From NCBI GenBank assembly GCA_032718475.1, contig JAUCBJ010006889.1:1-64000 (forward strand): DNA of 64,000 nt, in the 5' to 3' direction. Positions within the stretch are counted from its first letter, which is position 1, and the number at the start of each line of letters is the position of its first letter. Source of the DNA: Nemertoderma westbladi (lineage: Eukaryota > Animalia > Xenacoelomorpha). Shown in pieces: positions 1 through 12,728 of this stretch. The notes under the pieces are model-generated. The model did no database searches and was not told the DNA's origin. It saw nothing but the letters and a program-made list of their open reading frames with translations. Position numbers and translations under genes: made by a program.

Positions 1-830
1 TGGTCTTACACTAGTAGGTTTAATTATAAAGGGCATATATCCTTTAACTGACTGATGATCATACCTAACGACTACCTGACTCATGGAATCACTGCTGACT
101 GATCATACATGCTCACTGCTGAAACATTGCAAACTCATAACAATCAGTGTTTTCATTGTTGTTTTATACTGCTATTTACCGTCAGTTCTTCATAATATGG
201 TTGATGAATTATTATATTTGGAATAACGATAAATAACCCCGAAACCCAATATTCTTGATATACCGAAGGTAAGAGAGAAGGGTTACAGATAAACGATTGT
301 GACTTATGTTAAAGTGGTTTGAAGTGAATCTAATGTTATTTGATAGACCCTACATGAGTCAGTCTGTGTTCCTTTTATATGTGACTAAAATCAGTGAAGA
401 TTGGCAGATTAGTGTGCAGTATTGTGCAGCATTGTGTATGAGTGAGTCTGTTAAAGAAGCATTCCTAAAGAATGCGCCATATATGTGAATTATAATTGAG
501 CCATATCGTTGTGAGTAGTTTAAGTCATAACTCTGTTTATGTAGATAAAGCGCCACGTCCTAAAGGAACTGTTAATATTCCCCGAAGGTGAATAATATTG
601 TCAGAGATTATATAATACTGTCAGTCGAATAATACATTAGGCTTACATAGCAATAAAATTAAACCGTCGAACCCAATCTCCCGGGAATATCCAGCGGGTG
701 AATGATCGCGCACAGATTGGTTTCGACTAGTGTAGTGAATCAAATATTTGTCATCGGCTAAAGTGATTTATTATCTAACAGACATCCTAATTTGGCGGGT
801 TAAACTGCCAAAGGTCTGAAAGCGCGAACA
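1..830 (+). mobile_element. Partial LTR (3' or solo) of the same BEL/Pao family as 12729-30080; start lies outside the window
   Basis: Aligns with 13138-13923 with indels near 48-115. It ends ...GAAAGCGCGAACA at 830 and is followed directly by RTE sequence (CACAT...), so it inserted into an RTE LINE. Confidence 0.93.
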
Positions 831-1174
831 CACATCTCCAATCAGACACTATATAACATTGGAGGTGTCTCATTGGTTCCCCCAAGCTTGACACTAGAAC
901 AAAATCGCCTCCGCTTTGCAGGACATTGCTTTCGCCGTGAGGACCAGCCAGTGCATAATCTTGTACTTTGGCAGCCTCATGGAGTGAATAAGCATGGTGG
1001 ACAGCCCATGACTTTCTTGAGACGCATCTTAAAGGACACTGGCCTTAAAGATGCGGATGATCTAGCAAATGTCATGGGTGATAGGGAGTTGTGGCGGTGC
1101 AATTTTGTTGACAAGCCGGCACAGCATTCTTAAAAATGCAGCTGCAGTGCAGCATGCCGATCCTAGTAGTAGTA
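831..1174 (+). mobile_element. RTE-like LINE 3' fragment with (TAG)n tail
   Basis: Peptide RLRFAGHCFRREDQPVHNLVLWQP...DRELWR is an RTE-type C-terminus. Nearly identical to the reverse complement of 42449-42795; TAGTAGTAG tail. Confidence 0.85.
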
Positions 1175-1624
1175 TAATAGTTTCCCTGCGACCATAAGTC
1201 TGGATAAAGGCTGACTCCAAAAGTAGCCTCTACCTCAGGTTAGATTGGAAAACTAATATTTCCACGTCTTTGAAACTGGGTATACAGTTGCCATGGCTAC
1301 CAAATGCCGAATTTCGATAGATAGCTATGTACCCACCCTCTCTTATACGGATTTACCCTGTCCCTCAGTTCTTGGTCCGTTTCACCAACAGTATACTATT
1401 ATTATATACCACAGTATATTATTACTTATACAGTATTACTGTATAATGTAAAATACTGTATATTTGATATATCCAATTGTCTAATTTTTGTTGTATACTG
1501 TACATTACTGTGAGAATATCAATATATATTTTTGTCAAATTGCATATACAGTATATTGCTGTAGAATGTAAAGTAATTTCGTCGTGTCGTCCACTATATG
1601 TACAGGTAGTGTACGTACAACATT

Positions 1625-1830
1625 AAAGTAAAGTAAAAAAAAAGTAAATTTTCTTCGACCGCTAAGCCAGGGATTACGCACAAAGTCTGACGACTTATTT
1701 CCAGTGCGGTCCCCCCAGAACTTTACTCCCCAGAGGAAACTCCAGTACTCATTTAGCTACCACTTAAGGATGCAAGGCAGAGATGCGCCCTGGCTGGTCC
1801 CTTTAAAGCATTCGTGCCGAAACGAAAACT
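1625..1830 (-). mobile_element. Probable SINE body/3' end
   Basis: Minus strand has a core-like GTAGCTAAATGAGTAC...GGGGAGTAAAG segment and ends in a (TTTAC)n-like tail. No clear head identified. Confidence 0.35.
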
Positions 1831-2170
1831 GCTGTCGGTTGTAACCTGTCGGTTGGCTACTATCGGTTATTTACTTTGGTTGTCTGCTGTCGGTTGTCTG
1901 CTCTCGGTCGTCAGCTGTCGGTTGTGTGTTGTCGGTAGTGCGCTGTCGGTTGTCTGTTGCCTGCTCTCGGTTGTCTGCAGCTGTTTGTTAACGGTTGTTG
2001 ATGTTGGTTGTCTGCTGTCGTTTGTCGTCTGTCGGTTGGCTACTATCGGTTATTTACTTTGGTTGTCTGCTGTCGGTTGTCACTTGTCGGTTGGCTGCTG
2101 TCGGTTATTTACTTTGGTTGTCTGCTATCGAGTGACTGTTGTGTGCTGTCGGCAGTCGGTGGTCTGCTGT
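1830..2170. repeat. Degenerate minisatellite (GTCGGTTGTCTGCT-like units)
   Basis: Repeated GTCGGTT/GTCTGCT motifs with a longer duplicated block (1847-1895 vs 2029-2080). Confidence 0.8.
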
Positions 2171-3585
2171 AGGCGTAACGTTTACACCCTTCCGAAACTG
2201 ACTAACTGTTGTAGTTAATTTTTGTGAGTCGGGACTGTCAGCTGGCTGCTAGTTAGTTCACGAGATAAAAGGCAAAAATTATATTGTGCCAAAATACATC
2301 AGAGAGAAAAATAATGTAAATTATTATATTTTTTATAACAATATATAATGTATATTGTATATGATAAATGTTGTATGTATATTACAGTGTATACTACATA
2401 CAATAACATATCACTGTAAAATAAGTTATCTTATTGATCCATTTTTTTTTGCTTCTGTGCTATGCTGTGAAGCAATTAATCCTAATGAAATGTATCATTC
2501 ATGTGAATTATACTCTCGACATGTGGTATCAGTTAAGTCTTTCTGCACAGTGAGGATTACTCTAACTCTATATTGCATAAACCATTACAACTGTATGGTA
2601 AATTGTTTATGAGATTGTAGAAGATGGGAGTAGGTGAGTCATCAGTCCATTACATTCAATATTAGGCTGGAGAGAGAGGCCGCTTTCAGATGTCCTGAAT
2701 CCAATAATGATGGCAACCGTTTTTTCCCTTAGTTGTTGCCATAATTCAAATTTTTCAGATTGAAAAATTCCCGTTTTGGGTTTCTCATTATTAGTGTCAA
2801 CTTCACATGCGCTATTGTGTTGAACCATTAATATTATATACCTACATTGAACCATTTTGGTCAGGTCAGGGTCCCCAGATCGGCCGCCAATATGGCAATA
2901 ATGTTGACTACCTGTAGCTGTTTAACCCATCAGTAAGGCAGCCAGCCAGCCAGATCTGCACTACTAATCTCATTAGGTACAGTAGTAGCTGTTAATGTGT
3001 CACTAATCGATCGGTTTATCTGATCGATTTGCCAGCTCTCTCTTAGTGAGGCACTAACTAACACAATATTGGGGACTCACCTATATGGTTCATCCCTGTA
3101 TAATCTATGCACAATGGATATAAGCCATATATTTTATTTATGCACAACGCGCTTACCGTAAGACAATTTGATAGATTGCGCAACACGTGATCCTTCCTTT
3201 ATTTGGCTGCCAGGCCATATTGCTACCTTGACTTTGCTAGGTAGCAGTCCCCTTTAGGGGAGGGTGACAATAATTGCTGCCGTTGTTATACGGCTGATGG
3301 GTAATTGGTGTTATATTGGTTTCTGGGTTAGCGAATTGCATATAGGGATATTCACGTAACAACAGCGTTTATGCAGTAACAATCTTTAATTTGTTATTGC
3401 AATAACATCCTTTGTGGCCTTGCAACTCGCGGTCAGAATTGTGTAGAGAATGTCACAATCATCTACGTTTTATTTTCGATTCGATGCATTCGATTCAAAT
3501 ATTTGATTAGTTTTACAACTCGCATAACAACTCGCTGTTCATACTAACGGCGTTGAATAATGTTACAATTTTGGAATAAAATATA

Positions 3586-4239
3586 TGTAAGCGGATTCAA
3601 TTCCACTTCATTACCCACCAGAAAATGGGACTAGTGGCATTTTAGCAATATGTTGGGGATACGAGATTACCAATATTAATCTCTGTATCATAACCAACAT
3701 TGGGGGGGGGGGGGGGGGGGACACAAGCCCCAAAGCCACAGAGAAAGGTGAGAGGTCAAACCACCTCGGAGGGAAGGCAGCTAGTAGAGGCTAGCAGCGG
3801 AGGGGAAACACTCGCAGGGAGTTCCAAAGTGACAAGTAGTATATTAGCCAATAGTGGGGAGGGAAGCACGTGATAGGGAACAGGAAAGCATCCATTGGGT
3901 AGAGGGCCAAAGTAGAGTAGGAGGTGAACCAATATTCAATGTATTAATCATATATTATCTTACATTACTGGTTTACCGGTCAGTTGTGTTATTCAGTTCA
4001 GTCAGTGCAGACCGGTCATAGTTAATGACCGCCACCAGCCATACCGGTAACAATTAATCTGTATTTTCTGCTTTCATTTATCATGGCGTGCTATTATTGC
4101 CATATTAATTAATATCGAGAGACAACAGAAACTTTCACTGTTTTCCCAATCGGCCTTCGGCCAAAGCTAGTAGCACGATCCCCAGCAGAATGGTGACGCG
4201 TACTTTAACAACCCGGTCGGGATCTCTGATCCCGTCACA
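3586..4239 (+). mobile_element. 5' LTR of a second, decayed BEL/Pao element
   Basis: TG...CA ends (TGTAAGCGG...GATCCCGTCACA). Homologous at both ends to the TSD-flanked solo LTR at 30984-31532, and followed by gag-like sequence. Confidence 0.8.
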
Positions 4240-4295
4240 GTCATTAACTGCCACCTGCCATATAAACTGTGACTGCAAAGAACAGAGAAAGAAAG

Positions 4296-7200
4296 ATGAG
4301 CGACAGGGAGCCCCGATTATCTGAGGGAGAAGGACGCCGCCGCGGACCCCGGACGATACCAACCAAACGATCCGTGAGGCCCGACGAGACGGTATCCCGC
4401 CACGCCTGATTCGCCAACGAGAGACGATCCGGCTGCCCAAGCGGAGGGCGGCCGTCAACCACAGAGGGAGACGAGTCGACGCACAACGGCGGTCGGAGTA
4501 CCAAAGTCGCCGGCCAGCCACAGGCCGAGGGCGACGGACGCCCACCGGAATGGCGACGGTGGGGCCGCCGGTACGACGCCGGACGAGGAGAGGAGGCAGG
4601 AGTCGGCTGAAGAGGATGTCGGGACGAGTGATCGGCTACGACGGGCCTACAACGCCACCAAGAAGTTACTTAAGGAGGCCAAAGAAGGGAGAAAGGTAGA
4701 CCAGCCTAAACTACATCAGAGGCTAGGTGAGTCGAATAAACAATTTCGATATTTAGTCCGTTTTGGACAGGGAGAACTGGCGAGTGAGAGAGCGAGGGGG
4801 GTCGCCACGGAACTGTTTGAATTGTGGCGGATCCGGGTAATGGAGCCTGAAGTAGTGTACGTAGGGCCTTACTTAGTGGATGCTAGGGGAATTAAGTTAG
4901 TGGGTTGGGCGGATCCGCACGACGGCGAACCCGAGGTTAACCCCGAGGATTCGGTGTCGTCGGTCAGTGAGAACCCCAGAAAGCGGGGGAAAGTTAGTAG
5001 GACAGAGAGGCGACGGGAGTCCATCGTGACCGATAAGTCCGCTATATCCTCCACAAAAGCAAGAAGGGTGTTAGAGATAGATCTGGCGTGTCAACTAGAC
5101 CTTGTGGCGCTGGATCAGCAGGAGTTGGAGAGGCAACTGGATGAGGGAACTGCGTTATTAGAGAAAGAGAGAGAGTTAGCGAGGGAATGTAGAGGGAGAG
5201 CCGATAGGGTGGCGAGAAACTGCAGGGAGCGGGAAGAAAGAGAGATGAGTAAGCGTAAAGAGCGCGAGGAGCGGGAGGCGAAAGTAGAGAAAGAGCGCGA
5301 GGAGCGGGAGGCGAAAGTAGAGAAAGAGCGCGAGGAGCGGGAGGCGAAAATAGAGAACGAGCGCAAAGAGCAACAGGCGAAAGTGGAGAACGAGCGCAAA
5401 GAGCGAGAGGCGAAAGTGGAGAACGAGCGCAAAGAGCGAGAGGCGAAAGTAGAGAGCGAGCGTAGAGAGCAAGGGGCGAGAGAGGTAGCGAGGGTCGAGA
5501 GAGAAACGAACGAGCATAGAGAGCGGGAGGCGAGGGAGGCAGAATTGGTCAACCAGAGTTTGAGAGAGGACAGAGAGAGAGCGGGAAAGCGTATGCGGGA
5601 TGATATGCATACCCGGCTGAGGGGGCTTATGCAATACCAGGCAAAGCAGAAGCGCCGATTAGAACTGGCACAGTTGGGATTATCTGAGAGTGAGGCTGGC
5701 TCGGGTAGTATTTACGAGGAGCCGGAAGTAATGGAAACGTTTGTTAATACCCCACTTACAGGCACTGGATGACAGACGTAACCGTACGGGCGGGGGGGGG
5801 GGGGGGGGGGGGATAATAATACGTTAGAAGGAATTAATATTAATAGTACCGTAGTGGACAACCCTAATCAAACTTTGATAATAACTTTGATTCAAATGTG
5901 CAAAGTAATCCGAACAATATTAATTCAAACGTACAATATAATCCAAATAATAAGATTAATTTAAACGCACAAAATAATCCAAATAATGATATTAATTCTG
6001 AACAGAATAATTAATGCACATTTAAATAATAATAAAATAATATGACATAATACAATTAACGAACAAAGCAACACAAAAACAGCACTGACAATGGGAAACA
6101 ACAAAGAGTTAAAATTCGTCTGCCAGCCCAACACCGCGCAGACCCGCCCCGTCACCAAATCCGAGAGCCCGCCAAGACCGACGTCCCCCTCGGAGGCAGA
6201 GGGAGTTGGACCGGAGGAGCGCGAACTGCAGCCGCCGGCGAACACCCCCCAGAACGCACGCGAGGCCCCTCTCTCTCATACCATCCCGCCTCGACACAAG
6301 TGTCTCGGCGAGATGGCGGATTAGGATCTGGGCCTCATCGCACCATACTCCATCAGTGGTGCCGACCAATGGGGTGAACGCCATCCTCCGGTCCTCGCAT
6401 ACGGTGCGGTAGGGCAGCTTCTTCAGCCTGCACCGCTGCTCCAATAGCGACTCGGTCGAACGGTTGGTCTGGGCATAGGAGGTGGCGTCAGCGTTTATAA
6501 CCGCGATATCAAACGACGCCACTCTCTGATTAGCCTAGACCCCCCGCGCGACCAAGTCCGCCCGCACTCCCCCTACCTCCCGACCCTCTCTTTCAAGGTA
6601 ACCCCGGGACAGGGTTCAACGTTCGAGTTCCCGAACACGGAAGCCAAAAGGTCCCCGAAGACCTCATGAATCTCGTTGTGGCGTTTCACGATCAGTCCGC
6701 CAGACTTGCAGCTCAGTGCGTGGGTGGTGGAGAAATGACCCCCACAACCCTCGCACTTCTCGGCGAGACTTGGCGGGGTGAGGCCGTGCCGGAGGGACAG
6801 GTTGTCCCGGAACTCTTCCGGACTGAGGTCGGTGGAGTCGAGGACGCTCGGTTGTGCGGTCAGCCAGCCCCCGGTCTTATTGAGAACCGCCCGGGTCGCG
6901 GTTTGCCGTCGGTCGGCTGGTAGTGCCCCCAGGGCCGCCTCCCGCTTCTCCTTGTAAGCTGCGTCCTGAGACATAATAATATTAATTTAAACGCAAAAAA
7001 TAATCCAAATAATTATATTAATTTAAATGAACAAAATAATCCAAATAATTCTAATTTAAATATAAAAAACATTCCAAATAATAGCCCTAACTCTGAGCAA
7101 AATAATTTAAATAATTTAAATAATTTAGATAACAATATTATTGATAACGGTGCTAATAATACGAATGTAGGGGACACAGGTGGTCCGGCCAGCGAGAGCC

Positions 7201-8884
7201 TGCAAGGCCACGTAGTTACGCAGGGAGTAGCGGGGGTGAGTTACCCCGACGGGAGACTGCAAGGCCTCGTAGTTAGGCAGGGAGTAGCGGGGGTGAGTCA
7301 ACCCGATGGGAGCCTGCAAGGCCACGCTGTTGCACAGAGAGAGGCGGGGGTGAGTAGACCCAGCCAGAGTAGAGATAATGCGTCGACTAGAGAGGGGCGT
7401 AGAAGCGAAGTAGGAGGTAGCGAAGTAAGAGGTGGCGAATGGGGGGGGGGGGGGGGCTACGGGCACCCCACCACGAGAGATTAGTGGCGAGAGGGGGGGG
7501 GGGGGGGGCAGAGAATGCCCCACAAGCATCGGCGGATAATGCGCGGGGTAAGTTAGATGAACTGCGGCACCCGACAACGGAGAATAGTAGGGGGATTGCA
7601 AGTATTCCCAGGAGCGTCCAACCGGCTAGAGAGAGAGAGGTTGGCATCGTGAGCGGGTGAGCTACAAGACGTCGAGCCCAGTCGGAAGACGGAAGAAGAA
7701 CAGTGGAGTTTAACCGGGAGGCCGAAGAGAGATCTCATGAGCAGGATCGCTACACTGAAGAGAGAAGAAGTGAAGAGAATAGAAGAAGCGTTGCTATGAG
7801 CAACCGGAGAGCAAGGACGGACAGTCAACCGTCGGTAGTAGAGATCTAGTTAGAGAGTCAGTGGGGTCGAACTCCGGGAGATTGCCATCGCCCCGGAGAG
7901 ACACAGCCTGGTGTGATATACCACACACCAGGAGAAGGGTACAGAATGTACTGGTACGAGGAGGAGAACAGGAGAGGGGTTCGGAGAGAAACTTCCCGAC
8001 GGGATATAGCTGCTGATCGAGAATACGGTAGTTGCGGGGAGGACTTCTTGGAATATTCGAGAAGAATAAACTTCGGTCCGGAGGGACACAGGCAGACTGC
8101 AGGACATACTGTAGGCCTTACTGCACATACTATAGGCCATGCTGGAAGAGATAGTGTAGGCGATAGGGTAGCGCGGACAACGGGATTAGACCCGGAAGTC
8201 GCGGCATACATACCGGTATGTAGGCAAGAGGTGGATAGGCCTATACCGGTACCTGCACACCAGTATGACTATAATATGCAGGGATATAACATATACCCAG
8301 GGGAGGGGGGAACTGTTGCTGATAGGTGTGTGGGCCCCAATATATTAACATCAATCCCAGTACCAAAACACCGGTGGGGGGGGGGGGGGGGGGAGGGACA
8401 GGGTGACATTCCCCCATTACAATATCAGCAATACACTCAGCCGAGAATAATAACACCAAACCCCTTGGACCAGAACAGATCGTGCGATACGGAGATATAG
8501 AGGGGGCCGTTACCCCCAATGATATATCCGACACAGAAAAAATCAACAGGCCCGACGGGCGGACCGCACCCAACAACAGGAGAGTCTGTACAGCATCCGT
8601 CGACCCATTGGAAGCACAGGCGATGGGTATGGCAACACTCATTGATGCGCTTAAGACCAGGATCAAGCTGCCACAAGTGGAGCCGTTTAAATTCGATGGA
8701 AGCAGACCGGAAGAATACCTGCAATTCCGACGCATGTACAGTAATGAAATATTAACTAAAAACCTGACGCAGGCGGAGTGCCTAAAATATTTACAAGTTT
8801 ACATAGGGGGCCCAGCGTACGATATCGTGAGGCAGTATCAAGGTATCGAGGGTGGCTTCACGACTGCATGGCGGGCCCTAGACA
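4296..8884 (+). pseudogene. gag: Disrupted BEL/Pao gag (coiled-coil N-terminus, DUF1759-like capsid region); pol lost
   Basis: ATG at 4296 followed by stops and frameshifts; E/R/K coiled-coil ORF 4822-5772; ~60-bp tandem repeats at 7195-7365. 8482-8884 encodes FKFDGSRPEEYLQF...LKYLQVYIGGPA...AWRALD, homologous to VKFNGDEMKWLPF...LRYLIECLEGSP...VWDTLN in the intact element. Truncated at a (CTCAGC)n tract. Confidence 0.8.
6060..6974 (-). mobile_element. 5'-truncated CRE/R2-group non-LTR retrotransposon fragment (zinc knuckle + restriction-like endonuclease)
   Basis: Minus-strand peptides GGWLTAQP...EEFRDNLSLRHG...CEGC...H...C...RHNEI, RADLVARG, FDIAVINAD and KKLPY...FTPLV..TDGVW. This is the CCHC/RHN/PD-(D/E)xK layout of RLE LINEs; frameshifted. 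Confidence 0.75.
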
Positions 8885-9103
8885 GCCTCAGCCTGAGCCT
8901 CAGCCTCAGCCTCAGCCTCAGCCTCAGCCTCAGCCTCAGCCTCAGCCTCAGCCTCAGCCTCAGCCTCAGCCTCAGCCTCAGCCTCAGCCTCAGTCTCAGC
9001 CTCAGCCTCAGCATCATCCTCAGCCTCAGCCTCAGCCTCAGCCTCAGCCTCAGCCTCAGCCTCAGCCTCAGCCTCAGCCTCAGCCTCAGCCTCAGCCTCA
9101 GCC
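8884..9103. repeat. (CTCAGC)n microsatellite
   Basis: Direct reading. Confidence 0.98.
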
Positions 9104-9613
9104 TCTGTGCCTCTTGCTCCTGTCTGAAGGGATTAGACCAAGAAGTAGATTCTTCGCCTCTTTCAGCAACACATCGCTGAATTTTGGCCAAGATTGAACA
9201 ATAGCGATAATCGTATCACGATCGTATCATCGATCGTATCATCGATCGATCGTATCGGATCGTATGATCGTATCACGCATTTGCGCCTCGTTGACGTGAG
9301 CTGCCCAAATATAAGACAGAACGTCATTCTTTACATGGTTGCAATTGCAGTTAGTCTCAGACTCCACCACAGCCCTCGCCATCGCTGCAGAACAGTGAAA
9401 CAGAATCGGAAACAGTCAGACAGTGCCAGATGTCGGGATGTAGCAATACAGTCTGTACTCAGCAGTAGTAAGTAGATACTTACAGTATCAGAAGTAATCA
9501 GAAGTGGTCACAGTATGTACTTTAATTCTAGAAACTTTGTTACCACAGTGGTATGCATCAAATACCTAGCAGTACGTGGCAAGGGCGCGGTAGGTTTATG
9601 AGGCTATGTATTT

Positions 9614-12600
9614 TTGAATTGCTGTCTAGTTAATGCACGTAGTCTTTGCAACAAACTGAGTGATCTGGACATATTGCTGCGAACAAATGAATTCGGGGTG
9701 GTTTGTGTAACTGAATCCTGGCTGACTGATTCAGTAACAGAGGGGATGCTGAGCGCGGACAACTGTTATCAAGTGTTCCGAAAGGATCGCGAAGGTGCAG
9801 TTGGGGGCGGTGCAGCTATTCTAGTATGGAAAGACATAAAGTGTATTGTGGTTTCTTTTCCTTTGAAATTTTGTGCTGCGGCTGAAGCTGTTGCTATTGA
9901 TCTGGTTGGTAATTCCCCAAGCCGCATTGTGTGCGTCTATAGATCCGGAAATAAGGCAACTGTTGAATCTGACAAGTTGCTTTCAGATTGCCTCACTCAT
10001 CTGTGTGATACCAGTGTACCATGCGTTGTTGTTGGAGATTTCAACCTTCCTGAGTACGATTGGGATAATATGACTCACCCAGACAACCCGAACTACAATT
10101 CGATTACAGAAGATGGCGACTCGTGGTGACAATGTTTTGGACCTAGTGTTTAGCACCGATGATATGCATGTTTCTGATGTTCATACTAGTGACTCTTTTG
10201 CAACCAGTGATCACGATACCGTATTTTTTAATGTCTTGGCTGCCGATCGTGAGATCGAGCCAGAGATTGTTGAATATTATGATTTTAAGAATGCTGATTA
10301 TGACGGGTTTGCTACTTATTTAAATAATCATGATTGGTTAGACTCTTTCCAGCAATGCACCATAGTCAATGATTATTGGGACAAGTTCAGCACAGTTTTG
10401 AAGACTGGAATCGATAGCTTTGTTCCTCGCAAAAGTTTCAAATCGAAGATGTTAAACCAAGCTGCACCTGGTTATGTTCGTCAGCTACAACGTAGGAAGA
10501 AGCTTCTGTGGCGGCGACATCACACTGTTAATGGTCTATCTAACTATAAAAAATGTGCTCTTGCTGCTTCTAAGGCAGCATTTAGAGCTACCTGTATTCG
10601 CGAAAACCGGTTACTTAGTTCGGGCAATCCCAATGCAATATATAGTTTTGTGAATTCTAAGTGCAATATTCGATCCGGTATTTCTCCCCTTAAGTATAAG
10701 GGTAACACAGTAGTAGATGAAGCTGAGAAGGCACGTATACTGTCTAGTGTGTTTTCGGAGAATTTCACTGTTGATGATGGTGTATTACCTAATTTTGAAC
10801 GCCGTGTACCGCGATCAGTATCCAAATCGACAATTGATTTTAGTCCTTTAAAGGTATATTCCGTCACTCGCAAAATTGGTGCTAAGTCGAACACCAGACG
10901 GATTCCCTAGTCTGCTATACACCAAGTTAGCTCAGTGTTTAGCGGCTCCTCTCTCGGCTATTTTTAATGTATCTTTTAGTACACACACGGTTCCTCCTTT
11001 ATGGTTATCTGCTTTTGTTGTGCCTATTTTTAAGAAAGGTGATGCTACAAATCCTTTCAATTACCGCCCAGTGTCTTTAACTTGTGTAGCCTGTAAAATA
11101 ATGGAGACATGTGTTAAGATTGAATTATTAGAATATCTTTACTCTCATAAACTCATTTCGAAGTCTCAACATGGGTTTTTAAAAAACCGTTCCACTGTTA
11201 CACAATTATTGAAATGTACTAATGATTGGTGCAACTCCTTAGATAAGCGGTGTAGTATTGATGCAATTTATATCGATTTTGCAAAAGCCTTTGACTCTGT
11301 GGTACATAGTAAACTAATTGCAAAATTATCTGCATACGGTATATCTGGCGACTTGTTACAGTGGTTTAACCGCTTTTTTATCAAATCGCACACAGAAAAT
11401 ACTGGTCGGAAACAGTTTTTCAGATAATTGTAAAGTAATATTCGGTACGCCTCAGGGCAGTGTTTTAGGACCCATGCTATATTTGATTTTTGTTAATAAC
11501 CTACCCGAATTATTGGAACCCATTCAATGTGTCTTCTTTGCTGACGATGTTAAGCTGTACACTCACTCCACTGTCAGTGATGACATTAAACGAGCCTTGG
11601 CTATTCTCGAACTGGGGGCCACCACATGGCAATTGAAAATTGCGTCGCATAAATGCGTTGTGCTTAACATCGGTACAGCTTCTTGCCCTCCGCAAGTTCC
11701 GGTTTCATATGAACTAGGGGGTGAAAAAATAGAGATTAAATCCAATAGTAAAGATTTAGGAGTAATAATGTGCAGTAATCTCAGTTTTGATAAGCACTGT
11801 CTGCTTCAGGCCACTAAAGCTTTTAAATTGGTAAATATGATTTTTAAGTGTTTTTATACTGCTAATCGCACTGCTCTGCTTACAGCTTACTACAGCTTAA
11901 ATCTTATGTTCGTCCAATTTTGGAATACTGTTCACCAGTTTGGTCGCCTTATCATTTGGGAAGTTTTGACTTTGTTGAGAGGGTCCAAAGATATTTTTCT
12001 CGCCGTTTATTTACTCGCTGCAAGTATGATTTTTTGCCGTATGTTGATCGTTTAAAGGTTCTAAATCTAGAACCGCTTGAAGCACGGCGAATAACCTTTG
12101 ATTTAAGAATGACCTACCAAATTTTTACAGGCTCCGTAGATTGAAATTTTGATGAGTTCTTTACTAAAGCTTTGAGATTTGGACTTCGTGGTCATTCTCG
12201 CAAACTGCACCATCGGCAGTCTCGTCTACTCATATGTAAAAATTATTTTGCTTTTCGTGTTGTTGATATTTGGAACTCTTTTCCAAGTGAAGTTGTAAAA
12301 TCGCACAGCTTAGACACATTTTCACGTAACCTTAATTGATTTGCTACCCTTTTGTAAATTTAACAGGAACCTATAAAGTAGTATAAACCTCTTTAACTTT
12401 TTGATTTTGTCTGTTTTTTATTATGAGTCCGTTTTTATTTTTATTTCATATTTTGTGCCATATTTCGTCTTACCAATTCTATCTGTGTCTTACTGAGGGG
12501 CGACAACTGTAAGTGTTCCCTTGTACCTGTTTATACTCGTACAATAACCTAGTTGTTTTTTATTATCATATGTTTTTCTCCTCTGTTTTAAACATTTGTG

Positions 12601-12626
12601 ATTAAATAATAATAATAATAATAATA
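9614..12626 (+). mobile_element. CR1-group LINE ORF2 (APE endonuclease + RT), frameshifted, with 3' UTR and (TAA)n tail
   Basis: APE motifs NARSL, TESWL, GDFN, LDLVF and SDH. RT motifs NYRPVSLT, QHGF, IDFAKAFD, GTPQGSVLGP and FADD; EYCSPVWSP and LRGH C-terminus. At least four frameshifts; AT(T)AAA-type signal and (TAA)n at about 12601-12626. Confidence 0.92.
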
Positions 12627-12728
12627 GGATGTTAGTAACCGCCCTTTAGCCTAAATGATGTGCCGGTAGCAGGAAAGCTGCCCTTTGCCTAAGTAAATAC
12701 GTTAAACCCAGACAGATCAGTTGACAGC

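Noticed and set aside
48-130. CTGATGA...GAAAC just 3' of the putative self-primer (hammerhead that could cut the primer?)
   Set aside because: No stems I-III can be built, and the two intact LTRs have CTGATCA instead.
306-556. Small ORFs repeated in all three LTR copies
   Set aside because: About 60 aa, disrupted by a 1-nt indel and a stop between copies; repetition reflects LTR identity.
1288-1301. GTTGCCATGGCTAC X-box-like motif
   Set aside because: One mismatch to the consensus, sits among TE fragments, and no linked gene is visible.
8778-9197. QP/SL/RL-repeat ORFs
   Set aside because: (CTCAGC)n tract.
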